64,000 bases of DNA from Sphaerodactylus townsendi (Eukaryota). Below, piece by piece: positions 49,479-61,840 of this stretch. The DNA is taken from positions 90,458,001 to 90,522,000 of the forward strand of contig NC_059432.1 of the NCBI RefSeq assembly GCF_021028975.2, in the 5' to 3' direction. Positions within the stretch are counted from its first letter, which is position 1. The number at the start of each line of letters is the position of its first letter. The notes beneath the pieces are model-generated. The model saw only the letters and a list, made by a program, of their open reading frames with translations, searched no databases and was not told where the DNA came from. A program made the position numbers and the translations under genes.

Positions 49479-52400
49479 AGATCATAGAGACTAATTTAAT
49501 AAGGGATCATTCCAAGAGTATTGCATTTTATAATAATGTCATTTAATGTGTCGTCTTCCATTTTTACCGTCCCATATGTATGCTTACATGATGGTGCCAT
49601 AGGGATAAACTTGGAAAGAACCAGTATCATTTTAGGTTTTAGGTCCTTCATAACTAGCAAGTTTATCAATGATATCATCTAATAGCAGCTCCATTATTAC
49701 AAAGTGGTTTTTCAAAAATATATATCTAGCGAGGAGGGGCGGAGAGTAGTAAAATAAACGTAATCAGCTTTTCGCATGATTGAAAACATCGTGGGGTGAG
49801 GGACGAAAAGGGGTTAAAAGTAAGCAGAAATCTGATTGTGTAAAATGATACAATATTGGTATAATATGGAAAATGCAATAAACCTTGTTGTATGAAAACA
49901 TGCAATAATAGGAGCATTTAAAACGTTTTTTTTTTCTGCTCTAACAGCCTGTACACAAAAATGATGCAGAGCTTTGATGTAAACTGCTCTGGTATTTAAA
50001 AAGTGCACAAATCAATTGCATTAAGAAGTAAATCCCACAGATTTCAAAAAGGGGGGTTAAATGTTTTAAAGCCATCCGACACAGCATAGCTCTGCTTAGA
50101 ACAGCATTGTTACTCTCCCATTGAAATAATAGGGCTCAAAAGTACCTAATTCCGGACCATGTCGGTATACAACAAACAGGGCAAGAACATGGAAGAAATG
50201 GACTCTATTCCAATCTGTTCCTATTTAATACTGGAGTTTACTACTTGACTTCTTAGTTACCATCAGTATCAGGCATTTTATTTTCCTTGGGGAGCAAATA
50301 GCCATAATCCTGACATACATATAGCTTTTAAATTATAATGTGCCATATACCGTTCTGATTGCATTTGTTCAGTTATGCAATGTTCTTTTTAAGCCTTGGC
50401 TCAAATATAAAACCATTGTTGAACATAAGAGCATCACTCAAATGACTCAAGGGCTGGGGAAACATACCCACATAAATGTCAATATGTTATTGGTGGTCAT
50501 AACTCCTTTTGCAGCCATGCTAGCTCTGCTTAATCATAATTACGTTTTATGAAGCCTCCAGGACAGCTGGTCTACTAATAAGTATTTGGAAGTAATTCTA
50601 AGATAAAAGTCTTGGTTTTTGGAGAACAACTGAACTGCTTCTCTAGAAAACGCTGAACTATGAATTCTCACATAGTGTCAAATGGAAGCAAATTGTAATC
50701 TGACTACAAAAGCACTTTTAAATCATAGTATTTTACGTGCATCACATACACATTAGGTTTTTGCTTTGCAGTCTTTAGTTCAGTTATTTTCAGAGAACGC
50801 TGAGCTTTTTATCCACGCTTTTCAGAAACCTCTCCACTAACAAAACAAAACAAAAAGCAAACTTTCCCCAACATTTGTGTTGTTTGCTTGGGTTTTTTTT
50901 CCTGTAGCACCATAAATCCATGCATTTATGGGAAAAATTAGCACCATGAAGATGCCACTGAAATTCTTTCCCTGGGTATGTAAGTATAACTATTTAAAGT
51001 CCCTTTTAAATTATTGGTCTTCACTTTAAAACTTTCCCTGTCAGCATCTGCATACATGATTTGAGGTCCAGCATTGGTCCATTCTGCATAGCGCAAATAA
51101 GACATCTTGAGAATGTAGGGTGAGGTGCTCAGGAAGGAACTCTGCACAGCTTTTTCCCCAAGATGCCCTCAGGATGCCTTATTTCAGCTCAAACTGCCTT
51201 TTTTAAAAAGTGGACTTTTTTCCTGAAGTCATCTGCAAGCTGTCTCCTGCTAGCTGTGCAAAGCTGAGCTGAAGAGACATCTTATTTTTCTCCACTGACT
51301 ATTAAAGCTCTTTTGTAAGTTTCCTCCACCACTGGCGTCCAACGTTTTCTGCTGCTAGGAATTCTCCATGCACACAGCTATTTGGTGATGGCTATCATGC
51401 ATGTATGTCCTACAGACTCCAATCCTAGGTGCCTTTTCGGCCTGAAAAGTACATGGTTGTACTCAGCTCTTCCTGCCAACATACAGTTTTCCCTTTTTTA
51501 TTTTGAGGAGCTGTCTTCGAATACATGATTTCAGAATCCTTGTCTATTTTTTATAGTGTGTTTATGTCTTCACAAACAGCTCATTGAAAATGTTTTTAAA
51601 AGGGAAAACTATATATTGCCAGAAATGGCAGGATGAGCTGAGTACAATCATGTACCTTTTGGGCTGAAAAGGCACCCAGGATCAGACCCTGTAGAGAAAA
51701 CATCCAGGTAACCTTCACCAAATAGCTGCCGGCATGAATAATCCCTTCAGAACCAAATGTTGGGTGTAAGAGCTTTAAACCCAGGCAGGAGGAAACGGCA
51801 GTGAGGCAGGGAGAGCCTCTTTCTCCTTTGATGCCTTTTTTGTCCATGTTTTCTGGACAAAAAATTAGGAAGTGGCTTTTTTTAAGACATCCCTTTTTTA
51901 AAGACATCCACAGTATTTGTACTGTGCATAATTGACCATTGTCTCACATTTGAATGCTTTTGCATTATCTATACATGTCTCCTTAAGGGGTGTGGTTTTT
52001 CATTTGTGCTTCTGCGAGCTGTTTATATAAAACAATTTAAAACCTTTAAACTGCCCTTCAAAGTATCCCAAGCCTTTCCCTATATCTGAGAAATCCAAAT
52101 CCTTATGATAAAAGTGAGGTCAGCCATATTATCCCCATGTGGTTTATGGAAGACTGAAGATGATAATGACGTGGCTGGTTGTAATGGAATGATGATATAG
52201 TGATTTTTTTTCTGCTGGAACTAGTTGGTATGATCATACAGATGTCTCTACTTTTTAACCTCATATTTTTATAAGTATTGTCCACATTAGTGAGCCTATC
52301 CTGTGAGATAAAGGAGCCTTGAAACTTTTTAAATCAATAGGTTACATCATGAGTTAATTCTAAAGGCAAGATTTGAATGAGGCAAGCTTCGATGTTCTCA

Positions 52401-54744
52401 TCTAAAGCTCCGTCAATACTCCAAGAGTGACCTTGTGATTTTTTGTAGTGTTTTATGTGGAAATTTGTCATTCTGTTGATGGTGGGGGGGGGGGGTTGAT
52501 ATTAAAAACTGTGGTTTTGTATATTGTTGGTTTCATTTTTCATTACATGCTTTGTTGTATGCCATCTTTAGCCTTCATGGAAAGGTGGGATAAAATATTT
52601 TAAATTAATATAAATTAATAAACTTTACTCAATTTTCTATCTCTGTTTGCATTGAACCTGTTTTTATTAAAACGAAAATAAAACTATATCCTTTCATTAA
52701 GAAAAATCATAAATGTTATTCAGAATCCTTTAAGATCTCATTCATCTTTGCCAGAAATAAATGTTGTATTTGGTCATCTTTTCATATTTGGTGAATTATA
52801 CCAACATGGCACGGGCAGCTATCAATTTCATCAACCATTTTTTCAAGATTTTAGAACGGTGTGACTCACCTTTTTTCAAATTCCACTACCTCTATTTTTT
52901 TTTTCCACATAACAATCCCATTATGTCATTTGGCTTATAACATAATTGTGCCCTGAATGAGAACAGCTGAATGGGTCGCACATACTTTTCATCATTCCTT
53001 ACCATAAACTGTTAGAAATAGAGTTCCCAGAAATATACATGGAGCATTCAGCCAAGCACCCTCCTAACCCAAGAACACTTTGCTGCTCCTGCCAAACTAA
53101 CTATTGAGAGAGTACAGATCTTTGGTCGAAGGGGGAGGGAAGGGCATACAGGTTGTAGGAAGGCCATGGAAACTGAGTGCAGGAACTGACAAAGTTCTGG
53201 AGAGCCTTGACTATTTCCAACTTCTAAGTCAAAATGAAAATTAAAAAATGACAATACAGGACAATAAAACTGGAAACTGAAACAAAACAGAATGAGACAC
53301 AATGTGAATACCTTTTGTTTAAATGTGAAATCATCCTTGAACTTGAAACCCAGGCCAATGGTTCTCCTCTGCCTCCCCATTCGTCAGCTGGCCCTGCCTG
53401 AGAAGGTACACAAAAGTGGACGGCAGTGTGAGTTCACCATAGTGTTTGAAGGAAAAAGTATCAGGGTTACAACAAACATTTCAGAGTTTGAAACTCTCAA
53501 GATTTGATCATGATTGATTTCTCAGAGGTCTGGCTTTTGAAACAAAATATTATTTTTTCCTCTCTGGGCAACAGTTATGGGTAGGGACATCCATTATAGA
53601 TTGCTAAGCCTATAAGCTGGTACTAAGGAATGGATCTTTTCACTGAAATCACAACAAAAATCTGAAAATCTGTAGCTTTGTGAGACAAGGACTCCTGGAG
53701 GGTAAAGCTACAAGAAACCATTAATAAGCTTGGCAAAAGGTGATGGTTTCTAACTGTGTAAGACACTGAAAGTAAAATGTCATGGGTAAAATTCACTTAA
53801 ACTCTTCTTCTGAGTACAAGAGCCATTTAGCTCAGATTACAGCTGCAGGACTTTTAACCACTTGTAGGCCACATTGTTCACTGTGGAATAGTTTCAACAG
53901 GCTCATGCAATCCCACCCCAACCCCATTTGCTAAGACTAGCAACTCTCCATGGAGCCAGAAATATTTCTGGGGTCTCTGTGTTGACCTACCAACATTTAG
54001 AATTCTGGCTCTATTTGATAATTCTAGTCACGCTCAACTGCTCACACAAGTTGTTGTTGTTAAACGAGTTGCAGTCTTTAAAAAAACAGAGTGACTGACA
54101 GAAAAAGCAACAGGAAAGATATGGGGAAGAAAAATCTCTAGATGGATGGCAGGACAACCTGGTGGTTTAAAACAGGTTTATTTACAGTTAACCATATAAA
54201 CTATAGAACAGCTCACAGAAGCTCTCAGCCTAAACAACCTCAGGTCTCAGTTCCAACTGCTCCTCCCACATCTCTTAACTCCACACCTGGACTCCACTCT
54301 TAAAGGCAAACATCACCACAAAAGAGAGGGAGGAGTAAATGACACCCATGGTCAGCCAAAACATTTAAAAGTGGGCCTTATTTTTACTGGTTGGGCCTGA
54401 ACCTATGCTGCAGATGTGAAGACGGTAAAGACCATCAGTCTAGAAAAAATGCCAATTTACTGTATCAGTCACCTGTTCCACAATGAGATTTCTATAGCTG
54501 CTCAAAGACATTGTGTTGCTTGAAGGGATAACTCCATATAGAATGACTATAAAATATTATAACCTCAAAATATATACAATAATGAATTATTCAAAAATCA
54601 AACTCTGTAATTGGAGGCTGGTGCCTCAGTCTGCCTTAGAGAAGGCTATCCTGGGTCTCCTATAGTAATGGGTTAAGATCTTCATGTGGGCCATAGAACT
54701 ACTAGAGCACAAAAGTCTGTAGGCAGCCCTATTCCACCTTTGGA

Positions 54745-54930
54745 ATAGGGTTGCCAGCTCTGGAATGAGAAATACCTAAAGTTTTTGAGGGTGGAACCTG
54801 GGGAGGGTGGAGTTTGGGGGAAGGGGGACCTCAGCAGGGTATATAACCCTCCAAGGCAGCCATTGTCTCCAGGGGATTGGATCTTGGTCATCAGGAGAAT
54901 GATGGCAATAGCTGGAGATTGGAGGACCTG
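54745..54930. mobile_element. TAGGGTTGCCA-type MITE
   Basis: tagggttgccagctctgg...ccctccaaggcagccatt.tctccagggga, homologous to 19702 and 35782. Confidence 0.7.
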
Positions 54931-55206
54931 CTGCTATTTCTGCATGCACATTGAGAAAACAACCAAAAAGCAATATCACTCAGTGGTTGAGAGGATTCCT
55001 TCATTATCTGACACAGTATCTGACTCTTGTCTTATTCCTCGCTTGGTGTCAGCTTTTGCTTCCTATCCTGAGCACTATTAGTCTACTCACAATCCTGGCC
55101 TTGATACTCATGGCTATAACAGAAGATGTTTATCTGCCTGTCACATGACTTTTGAAATCACTTGCTGTTCAGTGAACTTGATGAGTGCTGGGTCTGGAAA
55201 TAGGTT

Positions 55207-55392
55207 GAGGGAGGGGTGGCATGCAAGGGAGGGGAGGGGGCCCGGCATCTGGAGATCTGGCATCTGGCCCACCCACCCTAGCAGAGGGAGAGGAAGGGGA
55301 GGGAGGAGTGTCATGCAAGGGAGGGGAGGGGGCCCGGCATCTGGACCTGACCCACCCAGAGAGGGAGGGGTGGCATGCAAGGGAGGGGAGGG
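55207..55392. repeat. Purine-rich minisatellite, reverse complement of the 36058-36366 family
   Basis: gaggggtggcatgcaagggaggggagggggcccggcatc units. Confidence 0.85.
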
Positions 55393-55559
55393 AACCACTG
55401 TTCTAGAGCAGAGAGTGACTATCCAGCAGTGACATTTGCAAGAAGCTATCCAGCTTTGACTGCTCCAGGACTGTAATGATCCTCAGTCTTAAACTATTTG
55501 AAATATGCAATTGAACAAATTAATATGGGATCATCAACAGTCACATGGGAATAACAATG

Positions 55560-56960
55560 TGAAAATGCCAGACCTTTGGCAGAAGGCACTGGAGTATTCT
55601 GAACTAGAAATGGTGGGTTTACCTCAGGAATTTACTAATTTTATACAAAACCCAGGTCAAATGTGATCACTAACAGGTATCATTCACAGCCTTTTGAAAA
55701 TTAATGGAGGAACTAAATAGGGCTGTCTCTTGTCCATCTTGTTGTTAACCTTAAACACAGAGAGCATGGTCTCATTAAAATAACCCACTATATTAAAAGG
55801 TAATGGGATCTAAATAGATGGAAACTTCTAACTTGAATGCTCTGGGGTAAAATTAAAACCCCAAGGATGGATGTTGTCCCCAAGCTATCTATGTTGCCAA
55901 AAATATTTCTCAAAATTGATTTTATTTTTCTAACTTTAATTGGGAGTGGGGCAAGAATCACCTATAAAAATTACAGCTGTCAACTTTAAAAGGAGGGTAC
56001 AGAATACTGGCAAGACCCCCCCTGCAGACCCTGTTTACCTTACAAGGGCACAAATAGACAAAGCTTTACTTCATCCTATCTCTGGCTGGGAGTCATTGGG
56101 CTCTTGCCATCTGTGCAACTGAAATGCATACTGCTCCAGAATTCAGACTGCCTGAAGAATCTGGGAAGCAATTGGATTAGCACAGAAATTTGACTCATTT
56201 GTACATGTACAAATGAGTCAACATTATGGGGCAACACTAATATTAAAATTGCAGGCAAATTGCAGGTGAATCTGGTATCACTTCATTAGCACAGCTGCTG
56301 TTAAACTTTAGAGACTTACAATTGGAATATGATCCCCCCCCCCGCCCACCCCCGGTCACTGGCAGTATTTGCAAATAACCTTAATATACCAAATCTGGTC
56401 CAGATGAAATTGTGCCTTCTGACCTCCGTGACATATTGCCTTTTTTGACTTCAACAGAAATCGACACCAAAAGCCCAGAAATCTTTGTATGCTATTTGAA
56501 ACCTGATCACAGACCTATAACTGAAAAACAATGGCAGAATTGTAATACGCAACTCAGTATCCAAATTTTAAAAAGAAGGTGGCAAGTGATATTGTATAAT
56601 GTTAAGTATAGACTTTAGATTATAATTAGTACAAAAAGTATTGTCTGCAGTTACTAGACACCTAGTGGATTCCCTAATCCAGGACTATAAGACTCAGATG
56701 GGCAAATCTGGCATGTAATTTATGGATATGTCCAATCATCCTGCCAATTTGGTTACAAATGAATAGACAAATTAACTTTATACTAGACTATTCACTGGAT
56801 TTTAATCACTACAGTACATTTCTCCTTGGAAGCTTGCAAAGGGACAAAGTCTTTGGATCTTATGAACTTTGGCAATACTAAATGAATTAAAAAAGTCTTT
56901 CTCTTGCACCAAAAGTTCATAAACCATAATGCCAACAGAACTGATATGGGAATGGAATTC
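55560..56960 (+). mobile_element. Highly decayed L1/Tx1-clade LINE ORF2
   Basis: ~55706-55762 reads GGTK*GCLLSILLLTLNTE (RT motif GTRQGCPLSPLLF..E); ~56720-56755 reads LWICPIILPIW (C-terminal W.CP...W motif); many stops and deletions. Confidence 0.65.
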
Positions 56961-57105
56961 TATAATCAAGGTGCCACAACATAAAAGTCCCTGTGAATCA
57001 GGTTGAGAGATGAGGTGAGCAAGTCATCATTGGATTGCTGAAATGATGGAGGCAGTGATCCTGATTCAAATTTTTCTTAAGCACATCAAAAGCTTTAGAG
57101 CTGTA

Positions 57106-57566
57106 TGTCAGGATATTGAAAATTGCAAGGTGGTCATATGCTGGTCTAGAATGACTGGAATGTAACAGTCAGCAGAATTGTAAAGGTCGGAGCCTCTCTG
57201 TCTGGGTCTGCAGTGATTGGCATGTAACAGTCAGCAGAATTGTAAAGGTCGGAGTCTCTCTGTCTGGGTCTGCAGTGATTGGCATGTAACAGTCAGCAGA
57301 AGTGAAAAGGTCACAGGCCAGGATGATTAGATCATCTAGCTAATGATTTGCTGGACAAAACTATATAAGAAGACTGCATACCCAATTCAGTACCTCTCCT
57401 TCACCTTCAGGTTCGGGCTCAGATTGTTGTCAGAGTAGAGAGTGGATAGTTATTGTTATTTTTGTTCCTTTGAGAAACAAGAGATAAAGTATTCCTGTTG
57501 GAACTAAATCTACTGTCTGAGTGTTTCTTTTTCTTATACTGCAAGCAGTTACCTCCTGTTCTAGCA
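57106..57566 (+). mobile_element. Candidate solo LTR
   Basis: Begins tgtcagga and ends ttctagca; U3-like 62-bp tandem repeat, TATA ctatataag at 57361, gataaa near 57483; no TSD found. Confidence 0.45.
57160..57312. repeat. 62-bp tandem repeat, about 2.5 copies
   Basis: atgtaacagtcagcagaa starts at 57160, 57222 and 57284; the two full units differ at one base. Confidence 0.95.
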
Positions 57567-58902
57567 AGGGTGAGTTGGCACCTAGTCCTTCCGCTGTGCA
57601 CTAGGCCAACACTGTATGCTTCTTGGAGAACAAAAGCAAGGCTGATAAAAACTTGGGAGGAATTTCCTTGAAGATTGAATTATATTTTGTCATGGGTCTT
57701 CCTGAGGTCCCTATGAGAGGAACTGGGGTCTCATTTTGATGGCTGGAAGGAGCAACTAGGCCTTATGGCCAGTAATTATTTTCTGATCTGAGCAGAATTT
57801 CACAGCTGTAAGTTTGTGCCATCTGAAAGCCACTTTTTGCTAGGGTCCATCTTATATGTCAGGATTGGTCCACCTCCCCAATTAACAAGACACTTGAATT
57901 CAGAAATCAATTTATTAAAAGGTCACTGCAAACAGGATGCAAGCAAGTTCTTGCTGGAACTGAATTCAACTACACAACTACTGATTAATATCCCTTTCCC
58001 AAACACCCCTCCAGCCCCCTCCATAGTGGAGTGAAATCTCTAGAAACATTCTCAAGATGTGCAGAGCCTCCAAGGCCAAGGCAAAAGGTAAGAGGAAAAA
58101 CCAGGTGAAGGAGCCCTGGAGGAAGAGAAGAATTGCTGAATGCCTAAAAGTGAAAGTACAAAGGCACAGGGATAACAGGATAATAAGAAGTGTTCTCACA
58201 GTACAACCTTCTCCCAGCCCACCCCATAGTCTCATGGCAAGAGCTAGGAAAGTGCTGAAATCTTGACATAATATTATGCCCTGGGTATACTCTGCACCAA
58301 TGAAATTCCATGCTGGCTGTTGTCAGAAACTTCCAGGGTCTATTCTGTCCCTGACCCACCATTGCTCTTTCTGTTCTATATCCAAACACTGACCCCTATC
58401 CAAGAGGCTAAAATGCTTTAAAATCAAAAGCTGCAACCATATCAGGAATCCCCAAGACCTGGTGCACCATAGCAAATGCCTGCTAACCTTTTCCCATTAT
58501 AAAACATTCTTTGTACCTTTCAATGCTTTAGTCTTCCGCATCACTAGCTGCCAATCATTTTATATGTTTTACCTTTCCTCAGTCCATTCTAATTTTCCTT
58601 TGGTAGTCTGTGGTTCTGTTTGCCTCTTGCAATTCTCCATCCAAATTCTTTCCCCCTCCCCTAACAATGTTAAACAAACTTGCAATCTGATTGTGCTTTT
58701 ACAAGATCCTTTATTAAATGTGAAAGGAATATGTATATTGCTGCACAGCAAAAAAAATCTCTAGGTAAGTGGAAATGGCATTTGCCTTTAGCCGTATCAA
58801 ACAGATACCAGGCCATGAATCTGTGGTCAGTCTGGCATTTATTTGTTTTTGGAATTCAATCTCCTTTCCCTACTTGTTCTGAATTTTAAATTATTAACAT
58901 GA

Positions 58903-58969
<67 letters not shown>
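58903..58969. repeat. (AT)n + (AG)n microsatellite
   Basis: Direct reading of the sequence. Confidence 0.97.
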
Positions 58970-58973
<4 letters not shown>

Positions 58974-60241
58974 TTTTTCACACTTAATTCAGAAAATGTG
59001 TTTTGCAGTTGTAAAGAAAATATAAAAGAGAATCTGGGAGCAAATTGAGTAGGCATCTGAGCAATGTTCTGACTAGCAGTAGCTCCCCTTCTTTATGAGC
59101 TTCACTGGTATTTATGCTCACGGTGACTGCTATGCTTTCCTCCATGTTCTGCTCAGAGGAGTATCTGATACCAACTCTACCCTTCATCCCTTTCTATGAC
59201 ATTCCAAGCAAAACCAGACAAAAAGGTCTCATAGTCATAACTTGAAATGTTTTTTTCTCCTTTTCCTTCCCTTCCTTTCCTTTCTGTTCCCTTCCTTTTT
59301 GTTTGTTTGTTTTTTCTTTTTTGGCAACTCTAAATCTCATGAACAGTTTGAGAGCACTCAAAAAGCTGCACATATTCATTCCCCTGTGTTCTTTTTGGCC
59401 AGTCTTAATAAATTGTATTACATGGAATTTGTCAAAGAATTGTCTTAAGTTTATTTAAATAGACCTAGTTAGAGGAGGAGGTGGCTGGTATGAAGACGGT
59501 GCTGGCAAAGTTTGAGAATGGGTGGATTCAAAGTTGCTTCCTAGCAGCAACTCATATCAGAGCATTTTTTGGAAATGAAAGAATAAATTAATGTTAAAAT
59601 AAACAAACATATTGATTTTTTTTAAGTATTGTGAATTTGTCACAGATTCTCAGACAAAGAAATGTCTTTCTCAATCTGATTCTTAACTGGAAAGAGTAGG
59701 GACTGAACTGGGGCCATCTTTAAGCTGAACAAGTACTCTGCTACTTAATTCAATTCAATTAAGTACTCTGCTACTAAGCCATGATCTTTTCAGCATACAT
59801 GTGACGAGCAGATACTCAGCATGACAGCAGGGTAGGGATGAATGCAACTGCTCTCCCTCTATGAATCCATTTTGCATGGAGGCTAAAGCACCCTTAAGTG
59901 CAACCAATTCATCACCTATGTTGGGCCAACTAACCTTCTGAGGCTGGAGTGCATTGGTGAGACCTAATTAGATTGCCCATCTAGACTATTATTCTGTGTC
60001 AAGAAAGTCACCGAGTCCCGGGAAGCTCATGAAGTGAAACTTCATCCCATGTTTATCCCAGTATACGAGTACACATCTCAGAGTGTGAGATAATGTCTCA
60101 GAGCTATTTTTGTGCTAACTTTTTCCTAATCCTGCAGAATTGGTGGCTCCGTAGTAGGTGGCGGCAATTTTTTGCTTGAGCGTTTGTCCTTAATGTATCT
60201 TTTAAAGTGTCTTGTGACCATAGGCTTAATTTCATCTTGGG

Positions 60242-60390
60242 NNNNNNNNNNNNNNNNNNNNNNNNNNNNNNNNNNNNNNNNNNNNNNNNNNNNNNNNNNN
60301 NNNNNNNNNNNNNNNNNNNNNNNNNNNNNNNNNNNNNNNNNNNNNNNNNNNNNNNNNNNNNNNNNNNNNNNNNNNNNNNNNNNNNNNNNN
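60242..60390. other. N-run (149 nt)
   Basis: Direct reading of the sequence. Confidence 0.99.
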
Positions 60391-61165
60391 AAAGAAGCTA
60401 GGAACAGAGCACAGAGGAGTGATGTGCCCTTAAAATATGTTTTACCTCTTCTAAGACTTTTGTCCTATTGCTTCTGACAAAACCATATTTCTTCAAGTTG
60501 ACAGAGAAAGCAATATATAATGTTACCCACAGGGTCTGTCATACTTTATGGTGGTGCCCATAGGCCAACAAAGATAGCTTCTCTTTTTGTCAGTGGTTTT
60601 TGTCAATGCTCAAGGAGTGCATAGAAAGGATTCTCTGGTGAAAGAGGCAATATATTTCACACAACAATTTCCTGCCATTCTTTTATTTTCTTCACAAGTT
60701 GCATCTACCATAGCAATTACATTTGTTCTTTCGTTTTTCAGTGTGGTTTATTGCCTCATCTTCTCTTTAAAAATGCAATAGTTGTTAATGCAGCTCAAAA
60801 TTCAGGGAAAAGGGTAGCTGCCTGACACCATCAGTGAGCAATATAAATATTTTCTGGACTGTGTAATAAAAAGTGTTGCCAACCACACGAGGACCCTACA
60901 GCATGGAACTGCACTTCAAGGTTTGCTTCAGCCTAATTCACTTCCCTTGTCTTTTTTCCCCTTGTCTTTTCAATGATCCAGCTAGCATGGGACATAAATT
61001 GCAACAGCTTTGACTGGACAGCAGTCATTCCTGCCCTCATCTGCTGTTACTGCACAGCTTAAAGAAACAATCTTTAGGAAATCAAGTCACCACAATGGTG
61101 CACATTCCAGTTTATAGCTGAACTGCCAAATATTTCTCTAAACAGAATAAGGAGATGATACCACA

Positions 61166-61370
61166 CAGTGTGGTATAATGGGTAACAGTGGCGGATTCTA
61201 ATCTGAAGAACCTGGTTTGATTCCCCATTCCTCTAAATGAAGGCTACTAAGTGACCCTGGGCCAGTCACAGTTCTCTCTGAACTCTCTCAGCCCATGCAG
61301 AGGCAGGCAATGGCAAGCCACCTCTGAACCTCTTTTTCCATGAAACCCCTAGGGGTGGCCTTAAGTCACC
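61166..61370 (+). mobile_element. SINE with Squam3-like tRNA head and RTE-type tail
   Basis: gtgtggtataatgggtaac..ctggtttgattcccc..ctctctcagccca joined to gcagaggcaggcaatggcaagccacctctgaac. Confidence 0.85.
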
Positions 61371-61747
61371 ACACAGAGCACTAAATAATAAGATTAGGAA
61401 ACAGCGCACCATCTTCTACTGGCATGAAGTGCTATACATCGGACTTCCCTACCATGACACTTCTTGAATCTTGGGGATCCAACTCAATGAGTCTTGAATG
61501 GAATGCAAAAAAAAAAAAGAGAGGATTTTTAAACAACCAAGAAAACCCAAATCATAAACATATTTCAAATAATGGCCATGATGCAACAGGGCCTTTAATT
61601 ACAGTTTAATATTTCATAGCCATCTGTGCATGTTGATAATAATCATATGATATCACATTGCTCCCTCCCTCGATGATTCAGAGATTCATGGTACAGGCAC
61701 ATGACATCTCTTATTTCCTGCATACATAGTGCAAACTTAGCAACGCA

Positions 61748-61840
61748 ACAGCCCAAACTAGCCTGATCTTGTCAGAGCTTGGCAGCTAAGCAGGGTTGGC
61801 TACAGCCAGTACTTGGATGGGACGCACTCAAGAAAACCAT
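61748..61840 (+). mobile_element. 5S rRNA-derived SINE head / 5S pseudogene fragment
   Basis: gcctgatcttgtcagagcttggcagctaagcagggttggc..agtacttggatgggac. Confidence 0.75.

Noticed and set aside
54025-54400. Second solo LTR on the minus strand
   Set aside because: Only a poly(A)-signal-like motif and general composition; no termini or TSD could be defined
57160-57312. CRISPR-like array
   Set aside because: Head-to-tail duplication without unique spacers, in vertebrate DNA
58057-58266. Short basic ORF (KAKAKGKRK..RKRR)
   Set aside because: Explained by local purine richness; no recognisable homology or splice signals
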